Shown here: positions 13,542-28,375 of the stretch, one piece after another
Numbering within the stretch: position 1 is the stretch's first letter
Layout: every line of letters begins with the position of its first letter
NCBI RefSeq assembly: GCF_009914755.1
Contig: NC_060937.1
Direction: 5' to 3' (one strand)
DNA from: the human T2T-CHM13v2.0 reference genome, Homo sapiens
DNA: 64,000 nucleotides
Made by a program: the position numbers and the translations under genes
The notes under the pieces: generated by a model
Told to the model about the DNA's origin: nothing
Databases searched by the model: none
What the model saw: the letters and a program-made list of their open reading frames with translations, nothing else

Positions 13542-16500
13542 AATATCAAAGTACTCAAACTATATATCATATACTGTACATAAAATATCAAAGTACCCAA
13601 ACTGTGTATTATTATATACTGTATATAAAATATCAAAGTACCTGAAATATATATTGTATACTGTACATAAAATATCAAAGTACACAAAATATATACTATA
13701 TACTGTACATAAAATATGAAGGTACATCAAATATATATTATATCCTGTACATAAAATAACAAAGTACACCTATTATATATTGTGTACTGTACATAATATA
13801 TTAAATCGCCCAAATATATATTGTATACTGTATATAAAATATGAAGGTACTTCAAATATATATTATATGCTGCACATAAAATATCAAAGTACCCAAGGTA
13901 TGCATTACATACTGTACATAAAATATCAAAGTACACAAATTATATATTATATACTGTACATAAAATCTGTAGGTTCATCAAATATATTTTATATTCTGTA
14001 CATAATATATCAAAGTACATCAAATATATATTATATACGGTACATAAAATATCAAATTACCCAAAATATATATTATTTACTGTACATAAAATATGAAAGT
14101 AACCAAACATTTATAATAAACTGTACATAAATTATCAAAGTACTCAATCTACATATTATATACAGTATATAAAATATCAAAGTACACAAACTGTATATTA
14201 TATACTGTACATAATATGTCAAAGTACCCAGAATATATAGCATACTGTACATACAATATCAAAGTACCCAAAATATATATTGTATACTGTACATAAAATA
14301 TGAAGGTACATCAAAGATATATTATATTCTGTACATAAAATATCAAAGTACACCAAATATATATTATATGCTGTACATAATATATTAAAGTTGCCCATGT
14401 ATACATTTTATACTGTACATAAAATATGAAGGTACATCAAATATATAGTATATGCTGCACATAAAATATCAAAGTACCCAAAGTATGTATTATATACTGT
14501 ACATAAAATATCAAAGTACCAAAAGTATATATTACCTACTGTAAATAAAATGTGAAGATACCTCAAATATATATTATATTCTGTACATGAAATATCAAAG
14601 TACACCAAGTATATACTATATACTCTACATAAAATATTAAATTACCCAAAATATGTATTGTATTGTGTACATAAAATATGAAAATAACCAAACATTTATA
14701 ATAAACTGTACATAAAATATCAAAGTACTCAAACTTTATATTATATACTGTACATAAAGTATCAAAGTACCCAAACTGTGTAGTATATACTGTACATAAA
14801 ATATCAAGGTACCCAAAATGTATATTGTAAACTGTAGATAAAATATCAAAGTACCCAAAATATATATTATATACTGTACATAAAATATGAAGGCACATCC
14901 AATATATATTATATTCTGTACATAAAATATCAAAGTACACCAAATGTATATTATATACTGTACATAAAATATAAAACTACCCCAAATATATATTATATAC
15001 TCTACATAAAATATCAAAGTACCCAAAATATATATTATATACTGTACATAATATATCAAAGTACCCATAGTATGTATTATATCCTGTACATAAAATATGA
15101 AAGTACGTCAAATATATATTCTATTCTGCACATAAAATATCATATTGCACCAAATATATATTGTATACTGTATATAAAATATGAAGGTACTTCAAATATA
15201 TATTATATGCTGCACATAAAATATCAAAGTACCCAAAGTATGCATTATATACTGTACATAAAATATCAAAGTACCCAAAGTGTATATTATATACTGTACA
15301 TAAAATATGAAGGTTCATCAAATATATTTTATATTCTGCACATAATATATCAAAGTACAGCAAATATATATTATATACTGTACATAAAATAACAAAGTAA
15401 CAAAAATATGTATTATATACTGTACATAAAATATGAAAGTAACCAAATATTTATAATAAACTGTATATAAAATATCAAAGTACTCAAACTACATATTATA
15501 TACAGTATATAAAATATCAAAGTACCCAAACTATATATTATATACTGTACATACTATATCAAAGTACCCGAATATAGAGCATACTGTACATAAAATATCA
15601 AATTACCCAAAATATATATTGTATACTGTACATAAAATATGAAGGTACATCAAAGATATATTATATTCTGTACATAAAATATCAAAGTACACCAAATATA
15701 TATTATATGCTGTACAGAATATATTAAAGTCGACCAAATGTATATTATATAGTGTACATAAAATATGAAGGTACATCAAATATATATTATATGCTGCACA
15801 TAAAATATCAAAGTACCCAAAGTATGTATTATATACTGTACATAAAATATCAAAGTACCCAAAGTATATATTATATACTGTACATAAAATATAAAATACC
15901 CCAAATATATATTATATGCTGTACATAAAATATCAAAGTACACAAAATATGCATTATGTACTGTACATAAATTATCAAAGGACCCAAAATATATATTATA
16001 TAGTGTACATAAAATATCAAAATACCCAAAATATATATTATATACTGTACATAAAATACCAAAGTACCCAAAGTATATATTATATACTGTATAAAAAATA
16101 TCAAAGTAGCCAAAATATGTATTATACACTGTACATAATATATGAAAGTACCCAAACATTTATAATAAACTGTACATAAAATATCAATGTACTCAAATTA
16201 TATATTATGTGCGGTACTTAAGATATCAAAGTACCCATACTATATAGTATGTACTGTACTTAAAATATCAAAATACCCAAAATATATATTATATACGTTA
16301 CATAAACTATCAAATACACAAAGTATGTATTACATACTGTACATAAAATAGCAAAGTTCCCAAAATATGTATTATATACTGTACATAAAATATGAAAGTA
16401 ACCAACCATTTATAATAAACTCTACATAAAATACCAAAGTACCCAAACTGTGTATTATATACTCTCCATAAAATATCAAAGTACCCAAAATATATATTGT

Positions 16501-16848
16501 CAACTGTACATAAAATATCAAAGTAGCCAAAATATATATAGTATACCGTACATAAAATATGAAAGTACCCCAAATATGTATTATATACTGTACATAAAAT
16601 ATCAAAGTACCGATAATACATATTATATAGTGTACATAAAATATCAGAGGACCCAAAATAAACATTATATACTGTACATAAAATATCCAAATACTCAAAA
16701 TATATATTACATACTGTACATAAAATATCAAAGTACCCAAATTATGTATTATATACTGTACATAAAATATCAGAGTACCCAAAATATGCATTATATACTG
16801 TACATAAAATATGAAAGTAACAAAACATTTATAATAAACTGTACATAA
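13542..16848 (+). repeat. HOR unit type B, 3,307 bp (79 monomers)
   Basis: Anchor spacing 3307. Extra 294-bp block at 14973-15266 and B-specific variants (ATACAATATC, TTACCTACTG, CATATTGCAC). Confidence 0.85.
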
Positions 16849-19800
16849 AATATCAAAGTACTCAAACTATATATCATATACTGTACATAAAATATCAAAG
16901 TACCCAAACTGTGTATTATTATATACTGTATATAAAATATCAAAGTACCTGAAATATATACTGTATACTGTACATAAAATATCAAAGTACCCAAAATATA
17001 TACTATATACTGTACATAAAATATGAAGGTACATCAAATATATATTATATCCTGTACATAAAATATCAAAGTACACCTATTATATATTGTGTACTGTACA
17101 TAATATATTAAATCGCCCAAATATATATTGTATACTGTATATAAAATATGAAGGTACTTCAAATATATATTATATGCTGCACATAAAATATCAAAGTACC
17201 CAAAGTATGCATTACATACTGTACATAAAATATCAAAGTACACATATTATCTATTATATAATGTACATAAAATATGAAGGTTCATCAAATATATATTATA
17301 TTCTGTACATAATATATCAAAGTACATCAAATATATATTATATACTGTACATAAAATATCAAAGTACCAAAAATATGTATTATATACTGTACATAAAACA
17401 TGAAAGTAACCAAACATTTATAATAAACTGTACTTAAAATATCAAAGTACTCAATCTACATATTATATACAGTATATAAAATATCAAAGTACACAAACTG
17501 TATATTATATACTGTACATAATATATCAAAGTACCCAGAATATATAGCATACTGTACTTAAAATATCAAAGTACCCAAAATATATATTGTATACTGTACA
17601 TAAAATATGAAGGTACATCAAAGATATATTATATTCTGTACATAAAATATCAAAGTACACCAAATATATATTATATGCTGTACATAATATATTAAAGTTG
17701 CCCATATATACATTATATACTGTACATAAAATATGAACGTACATCAAATATATAGTATATGCTGCACATAAAATATCAAAGTACCCAAAGTATGTATTAT
17801 ACACTGTACATAAAAAATCAAAGTACCAAAAGTATATATTACATACTGTAAATAAAATATGAAGGTACCTCAAATATATATTATATTCTGTACATAAAAT
17901 ATCAAAGTACACCAAGTATATACTATATACTCTGCATAAAATATTAAATTACCCAAAATATGTATTGCATTGTGTACATAAAATATGAAAGTAACCAAAC
18001 ATTTATAATAAACTGTACATAAAATATCAAAGTACTCAAACTGTATATTATATACTGTACATAAAGTATCAAAGTACCCAAACTGTGTAGTATATACTGT
18101 ACATAAAATATCAAGGTACCCAAAATATATATTGTAAACTGTAGATAAAATATCAAAGTACCCAAAATATATATTATATACTGTACATAAAATATGAAGG
18201 CACATCCAATATATATTATATTCTGTACATAAAATATCAAAGTACACCAAATGTATATTATATACTGTACATAAAATATCAAAGTACCCAAAGTGTATAT
18301 TATATACTGTACATAAAATATGAAGATTCATCAAATATATTTTATATTCTGCACATAATATATCAAAGTACAGCAAATATATATTATATACTGTACATAA
18401 AATATCAAAGTACCCAAAATATGTATTATATACTGTACATAAAATATGAAAGTAACCAAACATTTATAATAAACTGTACATAAAGTATCAAAGTACTCAA
18501 ACTACATATTATATACAGTATATAAAATGTCAAAGTACCCAAACTGTATATTATATACTGTACATAATATATCAAAGTACCTGAATATATAGCATACTGT
18601 ACATAAAATATCAAAGTACCCAAAGTGTGTATTATACACTGCACATAAAATATGAAGGTACATAAAATATATATTGTATTCTGTACATAAAATATCAAAG
18701 TACTCCAAATATATATTATATGCTGTACATAATATATTAAAGTCGCCCAAATATATATTATATACTGTACATAAAATATGAAGGTACATCAAATATATAT
18801 TATATGCTGCACATAAAATATCAAAGTACCCAAAGTATGTGTTATATACTGTACATAAAATATCAAAGTACCCAAAGTATATATTATATACTGTACATAA
18901 AATATAAAATACCCCAAATATATATTATATGCTGTACATAAAATATCAAAGTACACAAAATATGTATTATATACTGTACATAAAATACCAAAGGACCCAA
19001 AATATATATTATATACTGTACATAAAATATCAAAATACCCAAAATATATATTATATACTGTACATAAAATACCAAAGTACCCAAAGTATATATTATATAC
19101 CGTACAAAAAATGTCAAAGTAGCCAAAATATGTATTATACACTGTACATAATATATGAAAGTACCCAAACATTTATAATAAACTGTACATAAAATATCAA
19201 TGTACTCAAACTATATATTATGTGCGGTACATAAGATATCAAATTACCCATACTATATAGTATATACTGTACTTAAAATATCAAAATACCCAAAATATAT
19301 ATTATATACGTTACATAAACTATCAAATACACAAAGTATGTATTATATACTGTACATAAAATAGCAAAGTTCCCAAAATATGTATTATATATATTATAAA
19401 TATGTACATAAAATATGAAAGTACCCAACCATTTATAATAAATTCTACATAAAACACCAAAGTACCCAAACTGTGTATTATATACTGTCCATAAAATATC
19501 AAAGGACCCAAAATATATATTGTAAACTCTACATAAAATATCAAAGTAGCCAAAATACATATTGTATACTGTACATAAATTATAAAAGTACCCCAAATAT
19601 ATATTATATACTGTACATAAAATATCAAAGTACCCATAATACATATTATATACTGTACATAAAATATCAAAGGACCCAAAATAAACATTATATACTGTAC
19701 ATAAAATATCCAAATACTCAAAATATATATTACATACTGTACATAAAATATCAAAGTACCCAAATTATGTATTATATACTGTACGTAAAATATCAGAGAA

Positions 19801-19871
19801 CCCAAAATATGCATTATATACTGTACATAAAATATGAAAGTAACAAAACATTTATAATAAACTGTACATAA
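16849..19871 (+). repeat. HOR unit A+10, 3,023 bp
   Basis: Anchor spacing 3023. 10-bp insertion at about 19392. Confidence 0.85.
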
Positions 19872-22800
19872 AATATCAAAGTACTCAAACTATATATCAT
19901 ATACTGTACATAAAATATCAAAGTACCCAAACTGTGTATTATTATATACTGTATATAAAATATCAAAGTACCTGAAATATATATTGTATACTGTACATAA
20001 AATATCAAAGTACACAAAATATATACTATATACTGTACATAAAATATGAAGGTACATCAAATATATATTATATCCTGTACATAAAATATCAAAGTACTCC
20101 TATTATATATTGTTTACTGTACATAATATATTAAATCGCCCAAATATATATTGTATACTGTATATAAAATATGAAGGTACTTCAAATATATATTATATGC
20201 TGCACATAAAATATCAAAGTACCCAAGGTATGCATTACATACTGTACATAAAATATCAAAGTACACAAATTATATATTATATACTGTACATAAAATATGA
20301 AGGTTCATCAAATATATTTTATATTCTGTACATAATATATCAAAGTACATCAAATATATATTATATACGGTACATAAAATATCAAATTACCCAAAATATG
20401 CATTATTTACTGTACATAAAATATGAAAGTAACCAAACATTTATAATAAACTGTACATAAATTATCAAAGTACTCAATCTACATATTATATACAGTATAT
20501 AAAATATCAAAGTACACAAACTGTATATTATATACTGTACATAATATGAAAAAGTACCCAGAATATATAGCATACTGTACATACAATATCAAAGTACCCA
20601 GAATGTATATTGTATACTGTACATAAAATATGAAGGTACATCAAAGATATATTATATTCTGTACATAAAATATCAAAGTACACCAAATATATATTATATG
20701 CTGTACATAATATATTAAAGTTGCCCATGTATACATTTTATACTGTACATAAAATATGAAGGTACATCAAATATATAGTATATGCTGCACATAAAATATC
20801 AAAGTACCCAAAGTATGTATTATATACTGTACATAAAATATCAAAGTACCAAAAGTATATATTACCTACTGTAAATAAAATATGAAGATACCTCAAATAT
20901 ATATTATATTCTGTACATGAAATATCAAAGTACACCAAGTATATACTATATACTCTACATAAAATATTAAATTACCCAAAATATGTATTGTATTGTGTAC
21001 ATAAAATATGAAAGTAACCAAACATTTATAATAAACTGTACATAAAATATCAAAGTACTCAAACTGTATATTATATACTGTACATAAAGTATCAAAGTAC
21101 CCAAACTGTGTAGTATATACTGTACATAAAATATCAAGGTACCCAAAATGTATATTGTAAACTGTAGATAAAATATCAAAGTACCCAAAATATATATTAT
21201 ATACTGTACATAAAATATGAAGGCACATCCAATATATATTATATTCTGTACATAAAATATCAAAGTACACCAAATGTATATTATATACTGTACATAAAAT
21301 ATAAAACTACCCCAAATATATCTTATATAATCTACATAAAATATCAAAGTACCCAAAATATATATTATATACTGTACATAATATATCAAAGTACCCATAG
21401 TATGTATTATATCCTGTACATAAAATATGAAAGTACGTCAAATATATATTCTATTCTGCACATAAAATATCATATTGCACCAAATATATATTGTATACTG
21501 TATATAAAATATGAAGGTACTTCAAATATATATTATATGCTGCACATAAAATATCAAAGTACCCAAAGTATGCATTATATACTGTACATAAAATATCAAA
21601 GTACCCAAAATGTATATTATATACTGTACATAAAATATGAAGGTTCATCAAATATATTTTATATTCTGCACATAATATATGAAAGTACAGCAAATATATA
21701 TTATATACTGTACATAAAATATCAAAGTACCCAAAATATGTATTATATACTGTACATAAAATATGAAAGTAACCAAACATTTATAATAAACTGTACATAA
21801 AGTATCAAAGTACTCAAACTACATATTATATACAGTATATAAAATGTCAAAGTACCCAAACTGTATATTATATACTGTACATAATATATCAAAGTACCCA
21901 AATATATAGCATACTGTACATAAAATATCAAAGTACCCAAAATATATATTGTATACTGTACATAAAATGTGAAGGTACATTAAAGATATATTATATTCTG
22001 TACATAAAATATCAAATTACACCAAATATATATTATATGCTGTACATAATATATTAAAGTCAACCAAATATATATTATATACTGTACATAAAATATGAAG
22101 ATACATCAAATATATATTATATGCTGCACGTAAAATATCAAAGTATCCAAAGTATGTATTATACACTGTACATAAAATATCAAAATACCAAAAGTATATA
22201 TTACATACTGTAAATAAAATATGAAGGTACCTCATATATATATTATATTCTGTACATAAAATATCAAAGTACACCAAGTATATACTATATACTCTGCATA
22301 AAATATTAAATTACCCAAAATATGTATTGCATTGTGTACATAAAATATGAAAGTAACCAAACATTTATAATAAACTGTACATAAAATATCAAAGTACTCA
22401 AACTGTATATTATATACTGTACATAAAGTATCAAAGTACCCAAACTGTGTAGTATATACTGTACATAAAATATCAAGGTACCCAAAATATATATTGTAAA
22501 CTGTAGATAAAATATCAAAGTACCCAAAATATATATTATATACTGTACATAAAATATGAAGGCACATCCAATATATATTATATTCTGTACATAAAATATC
22601 AAAGTACACCAAATGTATATTATATACTGTACATAAAATATCAAAGTACCCAAAGTGTATATTATATACTGTACATAAAATATGAAGATTCATCAAATAT
22701 ATTTTATATTCTGCACATAATATATCAAAGTACAGCAAATATATATTATATACTGTACATAAAATATCAAACTACCCAAAATATGTATTATATACTGTAC

Positions 22801-24233
22801 ATAAAATATGAAAGTAACCAAACATTTATAATAAACTGTACATAAAGTATCAAAGTACTCAAACTACATATTATATACAGTATATAAAATGTCAAAGTAC
22901 CCAAACTGTATATTATATACTGTACATAATATATCAAAGTACCTGAATATATAGCATACTGTACATAAAATATCAAAGTACCCAAAGTGTGTATTATACA
23001 CTGCACATAAAATATGAAGGTACATAAAATATATATTGTATTCTGTACATAAAATATCAAAGTACTCCAAATATATATTATATGCTGTACATAATATATT
23101 AAAGTCGCCCAAATATATATTATATACTGTACATAAAATATGAAGGTACATCAAATATATATTATATGCTGCACATAAAATATCAAAGTACCCAAAGTAT
23201 GTGTTATATACTGTACATAAAATATCAAAGTACCCAAAGTATATATTATATACTGTACATAAAATATAAAATACCCCAAATATATATTATATGCTGTACA
23301 TAAAATATCAAAGTACACAAAATATGTATTATATACTGTACATAAAATACCAAAGGACCCAAAATATATATTATATACTGTACATAAAATATCAAAATAC
23401 CCAAAATATATATTATATACTGTACATAAAATACCAAAGTACCCAAAGTATATATTATATACCGTACAAAAAATGTCAAAGTAGCCAAAATATGTATTAT
23501 ACACTGTACATAATATATGAAAGTACCCAAACATTTATAATAAACTGTACATAAAATATCAATGTACTCAAACTATATATTATGTGCGGTACATAAGATA
23601 TCAAATTACCCATACTATATAGTATATACTGTACTTAAAATATCAAAATACCCAAAATATATATTATATACGTTACATAAACTATCAAATACACAAAGTA
23701 TGTATTATATACTGTACATAAAATAGCAAAGTTCCCAAAATATGTATTATATATATTATAAATATGTACATAAAATATGAAAGTACCCAACCATTTATAA
23801 TAAATTCTACATAAAACACCAAAGTACCCAAACTGTGTATTATATACTGTCCATAAAATATCAAAGGACCCAAAATATATATTGTAAACTCTACATAAAA
23901 TATCAAAGTAGCCAAAATACATATTGTATACTGTACATAAATTATAAAAGTACCCCAAATATATATTATATACTGTACATAAAATATCAAAGTACCCATA
24001 ATACATATTATATACTGTACATAAAATATCAAAGGACCCAAAATAAACATTATATACTGTACATAAAATATCCAAATACTCAAAATATATATTACATACT
24101 GTACATAAAATACCAAAGTACCCAAATTATGTATTATATACTGTACGTAAAATATCAGAGAACCCAAAATATGCATTATATACTGTACATAAAATATGAA
24201 AGTAACAAAACATTTATAATAAAATGTACATAA
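19872..24233 (+). repeat. Hybrid B/A HOR unit, 4,362 bp
   Basis: Anchor spacing 4362. B-type first part with the 294-bp block, re-entry into A-like monomers around 21950-22250, and the 10-bp insertion at about 23754. Confidence 0.8.
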
Positions 24234-27200
24234 AATATCAAAGTACTCAAACTATATATCATATACTGTACATAAAATATCAAAGTACCCAAACTGTGTA
24301 TTATTATATACTGTATATAAAATATCAAAGTACCTGAAATATATATTGTATACTGTACATAAAATATCAAAGTACACAAAATATATACTATATACTGTAC
24401 ATAAAATATGAAGGTACATCAAATATATATTATATCCTGTACATAAAATATCAAAGTACTCCTATTATATATTGTTTACTGTACATAATATATTAAATCG
24501 CCCAAATATATATTGTATACTGTATATAAAATATGAAGGTACTTCAAATATATATTATATGCTGCACATAAAATATCAAAGTACCCAAGGTATGCATTAC
24601 ATACTGTACATAAAATATCAAAGTACACAAATTATATATTATATACTGTACATAAAATATGAAGGTTCATCAAATATATTTTATATTCTGTACATAATAT
24701 ATCAAAGTACATCAAATATATATTATATACGGTACATAAAATATCAAATTACCCAAAATATGCATTATATACTGTACATAAAATATGAAAGTAACCAAAC
24801 ATTTATAATAAACTGTACATAAATTATCAAAGTACTCAATCTACATATTATATACAGTATATAAAATATCAAAGTACACAAACTGTATATTATATACTGT
24901 ACATAATATGAAAAAGTACCCAGAATATATAGCATACTGTACATACAATATCAAAGTACCCAGAATGTATATTGTATACTGTACATAAAATATGAAGGTA
25001 CATCAAAGATATATTATATTCTGTACATAAAATATCAAAGTACACCAAATATATATTATATGCTGTACATAATATATTAAAGTTGCCCATGTATACATTT
25101 TATACTGTACATAAAATATGAAGGTACATCAAATATATAGTATATGCTGCACATAAAATATCAAAGTACCCAAAGTATGTATTATATACTGTACATAAAA
25201 TATCAAAGTACCAAAAGTATATATTACCTACTGTAAATAAAATATGAAGATACCTCAAATATATATTATATTCTGTACATGAAATATCAAAGTACACCAA
25301 GTATATACTATATACTCTACATAAAATATTAAATTACCCAAAATATGTATTGTATTGTGTACATAAAATATGAAAGTAACCAAACATTTATAATAAACTG
25401 TACATAAAATATCAAAGTACTCAAACTGTATATTATATACTGTACATAAAGTATCAAAGTACCCAAACTGTGTAGTATATACTGTACATAAAATATCAAG
25501 GTACCCAAAATGTATATTGTAAACTGTAGATAAAATATCAAAGTACCCAAAATATATATTATATACTGTACATAAAATATGAAGGCACATCCAATATATA
25601 TTCTATTCTGCACATAAAATATCATATTGCACCAAATATATATTGTATACTGTATATAAAATATGAAGGTACTTCAAATATATATTATATGCTGCACATA
25701 AAATATCAAAGTACCCAAAGTATGCATTATATACTGTACATAAAATATCAAAGTACCCAAAATGTATATTATATACTGTACATAAAATATGAAGGTTCAT
25801 CAAATATATTTTATATTCTGCACATAATATATGAAAGTACAGCAAATATATATTATATACTGTACATAAAATATCAAAGTACCCAAAATATGTATTATAT
25901 ACTGTACATAAAATATGAAAGTAACCAAACATTTATAATAAACTGTACATAAAGTATCAAAGTACTCAAACTACATATTATATACAGTATATAAAATGTC
26001 AAAGTACCCAAACTGTATATTATATACTGTACATAATATATCAAAGTACCCAAATATATAGCATACTGTACATAAAATATCAAAGTACCCAAAATATATA
26101 TTGTATACTGTACATAAAATGTGAAGGTACATTAAAGATATATTATATTCTGTACATAAAATATCAAATTACACCAAATATATATTATATGCTGTACATA
26201 ATATATTAAAGTCAACCAAATATATATTATATACTGTACATAAAATATGAAGATACATCAAATATATATTATATGCTGCACGTAAAATATCAAAGTATCC
26301 AAAGTATGTATTATACACTGTACATAAAATATCAAAATACCAAAAGTATATATTACATACTGTAAATAAAATATGAAGGTACCTCATATATATATTATAT
26401 TCTGTACATAAAATATCAAAGTACACCAAGTATATACTATATACTCTGCATAAAATATTAAATTACCCAAAATATGTATTGTATTGTGTACATAAAATAT
26501 GAAAGTAACCAAACATTTATAATAAACTGTACATAAAATATCAAAGTACTCAAACTGTATATTATATACTGTACATAAAGTATCAAAGTACCCAAACTGT
26601 GTAGTATATACTGTACAAAAAATATCAAGGTACCCAAAATATATATTGTAAACTGTAGATAAAATATCAAAATACCCAAAATATATATTATATACTGTAC
26701 ATAAAATATGAAGGCACATCCAATATATATTATATTCTGTACATAAAATATCAAAGTACACCAAATGTATATTATATACTGTACATAAAATATCAAAGTA
26801 CCGAAAGTGTATATTATATACTGTACATAAAATATGAAGGTTCATCAAACATATTTTATATTCTCCACATAATATATCAAAGTACAGCAAATATATATTA
26901 TATACTGTACATAAAATATCAAAGTACCCAGAATATGTATTATATACTGTACATAAAATATGAAAGTAAGCAAACATTTGTAATAAAATGTACATAAAGT
27001 AACAAAGTACTCAAACTACATATTATATACAGTATATAAAATGTCAAAGTACCCAAACTGTATATTATATACTGTACATAATATATCAAAGTACCCGAAT
27101 ATATAGCATACTGTACATAAAATATCAAAGTACCCAAAGTGTGTATTATACACTGCACATAAAATATGAAGGTACATAAAATATATATTGTATTCTGTAC

Positions 27201-28375
27201 ATAAAATATCAAAGTACTCCAAATATATATTATATGCTGTACATAATATATTAAAGTCGCCCAAATATATATTATATACTGTACATAAAATATGAAGGTA
27301 CATCAAATATATATTATATGCTGCACATAAAATATCAAAGTACCCAAAGTATGTGTTATATACTGTACATAAAATATCAAAGTACCCAAAGTATATATTA
27401 TATACTGTACATAAAATATAAAATACCCCAAATATATATTATATGCTCTACATAAAATATCAAAGTACACAAAATATGTATTATATACTGTACATAAAAT
27501 ACCAAAGGACCCAAAATATATATTATATACTGTACATAAAATATCAAAATACCCAAAATATATATTATATACTGTACATAAAATACCAAAGTACCCAAAG
27601 TATATATTATATACCGTACAAAAAATATCAAAGTAGCCAAAATATGTATTATACACTGTACATAATATATGAAAGTACCCAAACATTTATAATAAACTGT
27701 ACATAAAATATCAATGTACTCAAACTATATATTATGTGCGCTACATAAGATATCAAAGTACCCATACTATATAGTATATACTGTACTTAAAATATCAAAA
27801 TACCCAAAATATATATTATATACGTTACATAAACTATCAAATACACAAAGTATGTATTATATACTGTACATAAAGTAGCAAAGTTCCCAAAATATGTATT
27901 ACATACTGTACATAAAATATGAAAGTACCCAACCATTTATAATAAAGTCTACATAAAATACCAAAGTACCCAAACTGTGTATTATATACTGTCCATAAAA
28001 TATCAAAGTACCCAAAATATATATTGTAAACTGTACATAAAATATCAAAGTAGCCAAAATACATATTGTATACTGTACATAAAATATAAAAGTACCCCAA
28101 ATATATATTATATACTGTACATAAAATATCAAAGTACCCATAATACATATTATATACTGTACATAAAATATCAAAGGACCCAAAATAAACATTATATACT
28201 GTACATAAAATATCCAAATACTCAAAATATATATTACATACTGTACATAAAATATCAAAGTACCCAAATTATGTATTATATACTGTACGTAAAATATGAG
28301 AGTACCCAAAATATGCGTTATATACTGTACATAAAATATGAAAGTAACAAAACATTTATAATAAACTGTACATAA
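24234..28375 (+). repeat. Hybrid B/A HOR unit, 4,142 bp
   Basis: Same layout as the preceding unit, minus 210 bp (junction 25593-25602) and without the 10-bp insertion. Confidence 0.8.
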
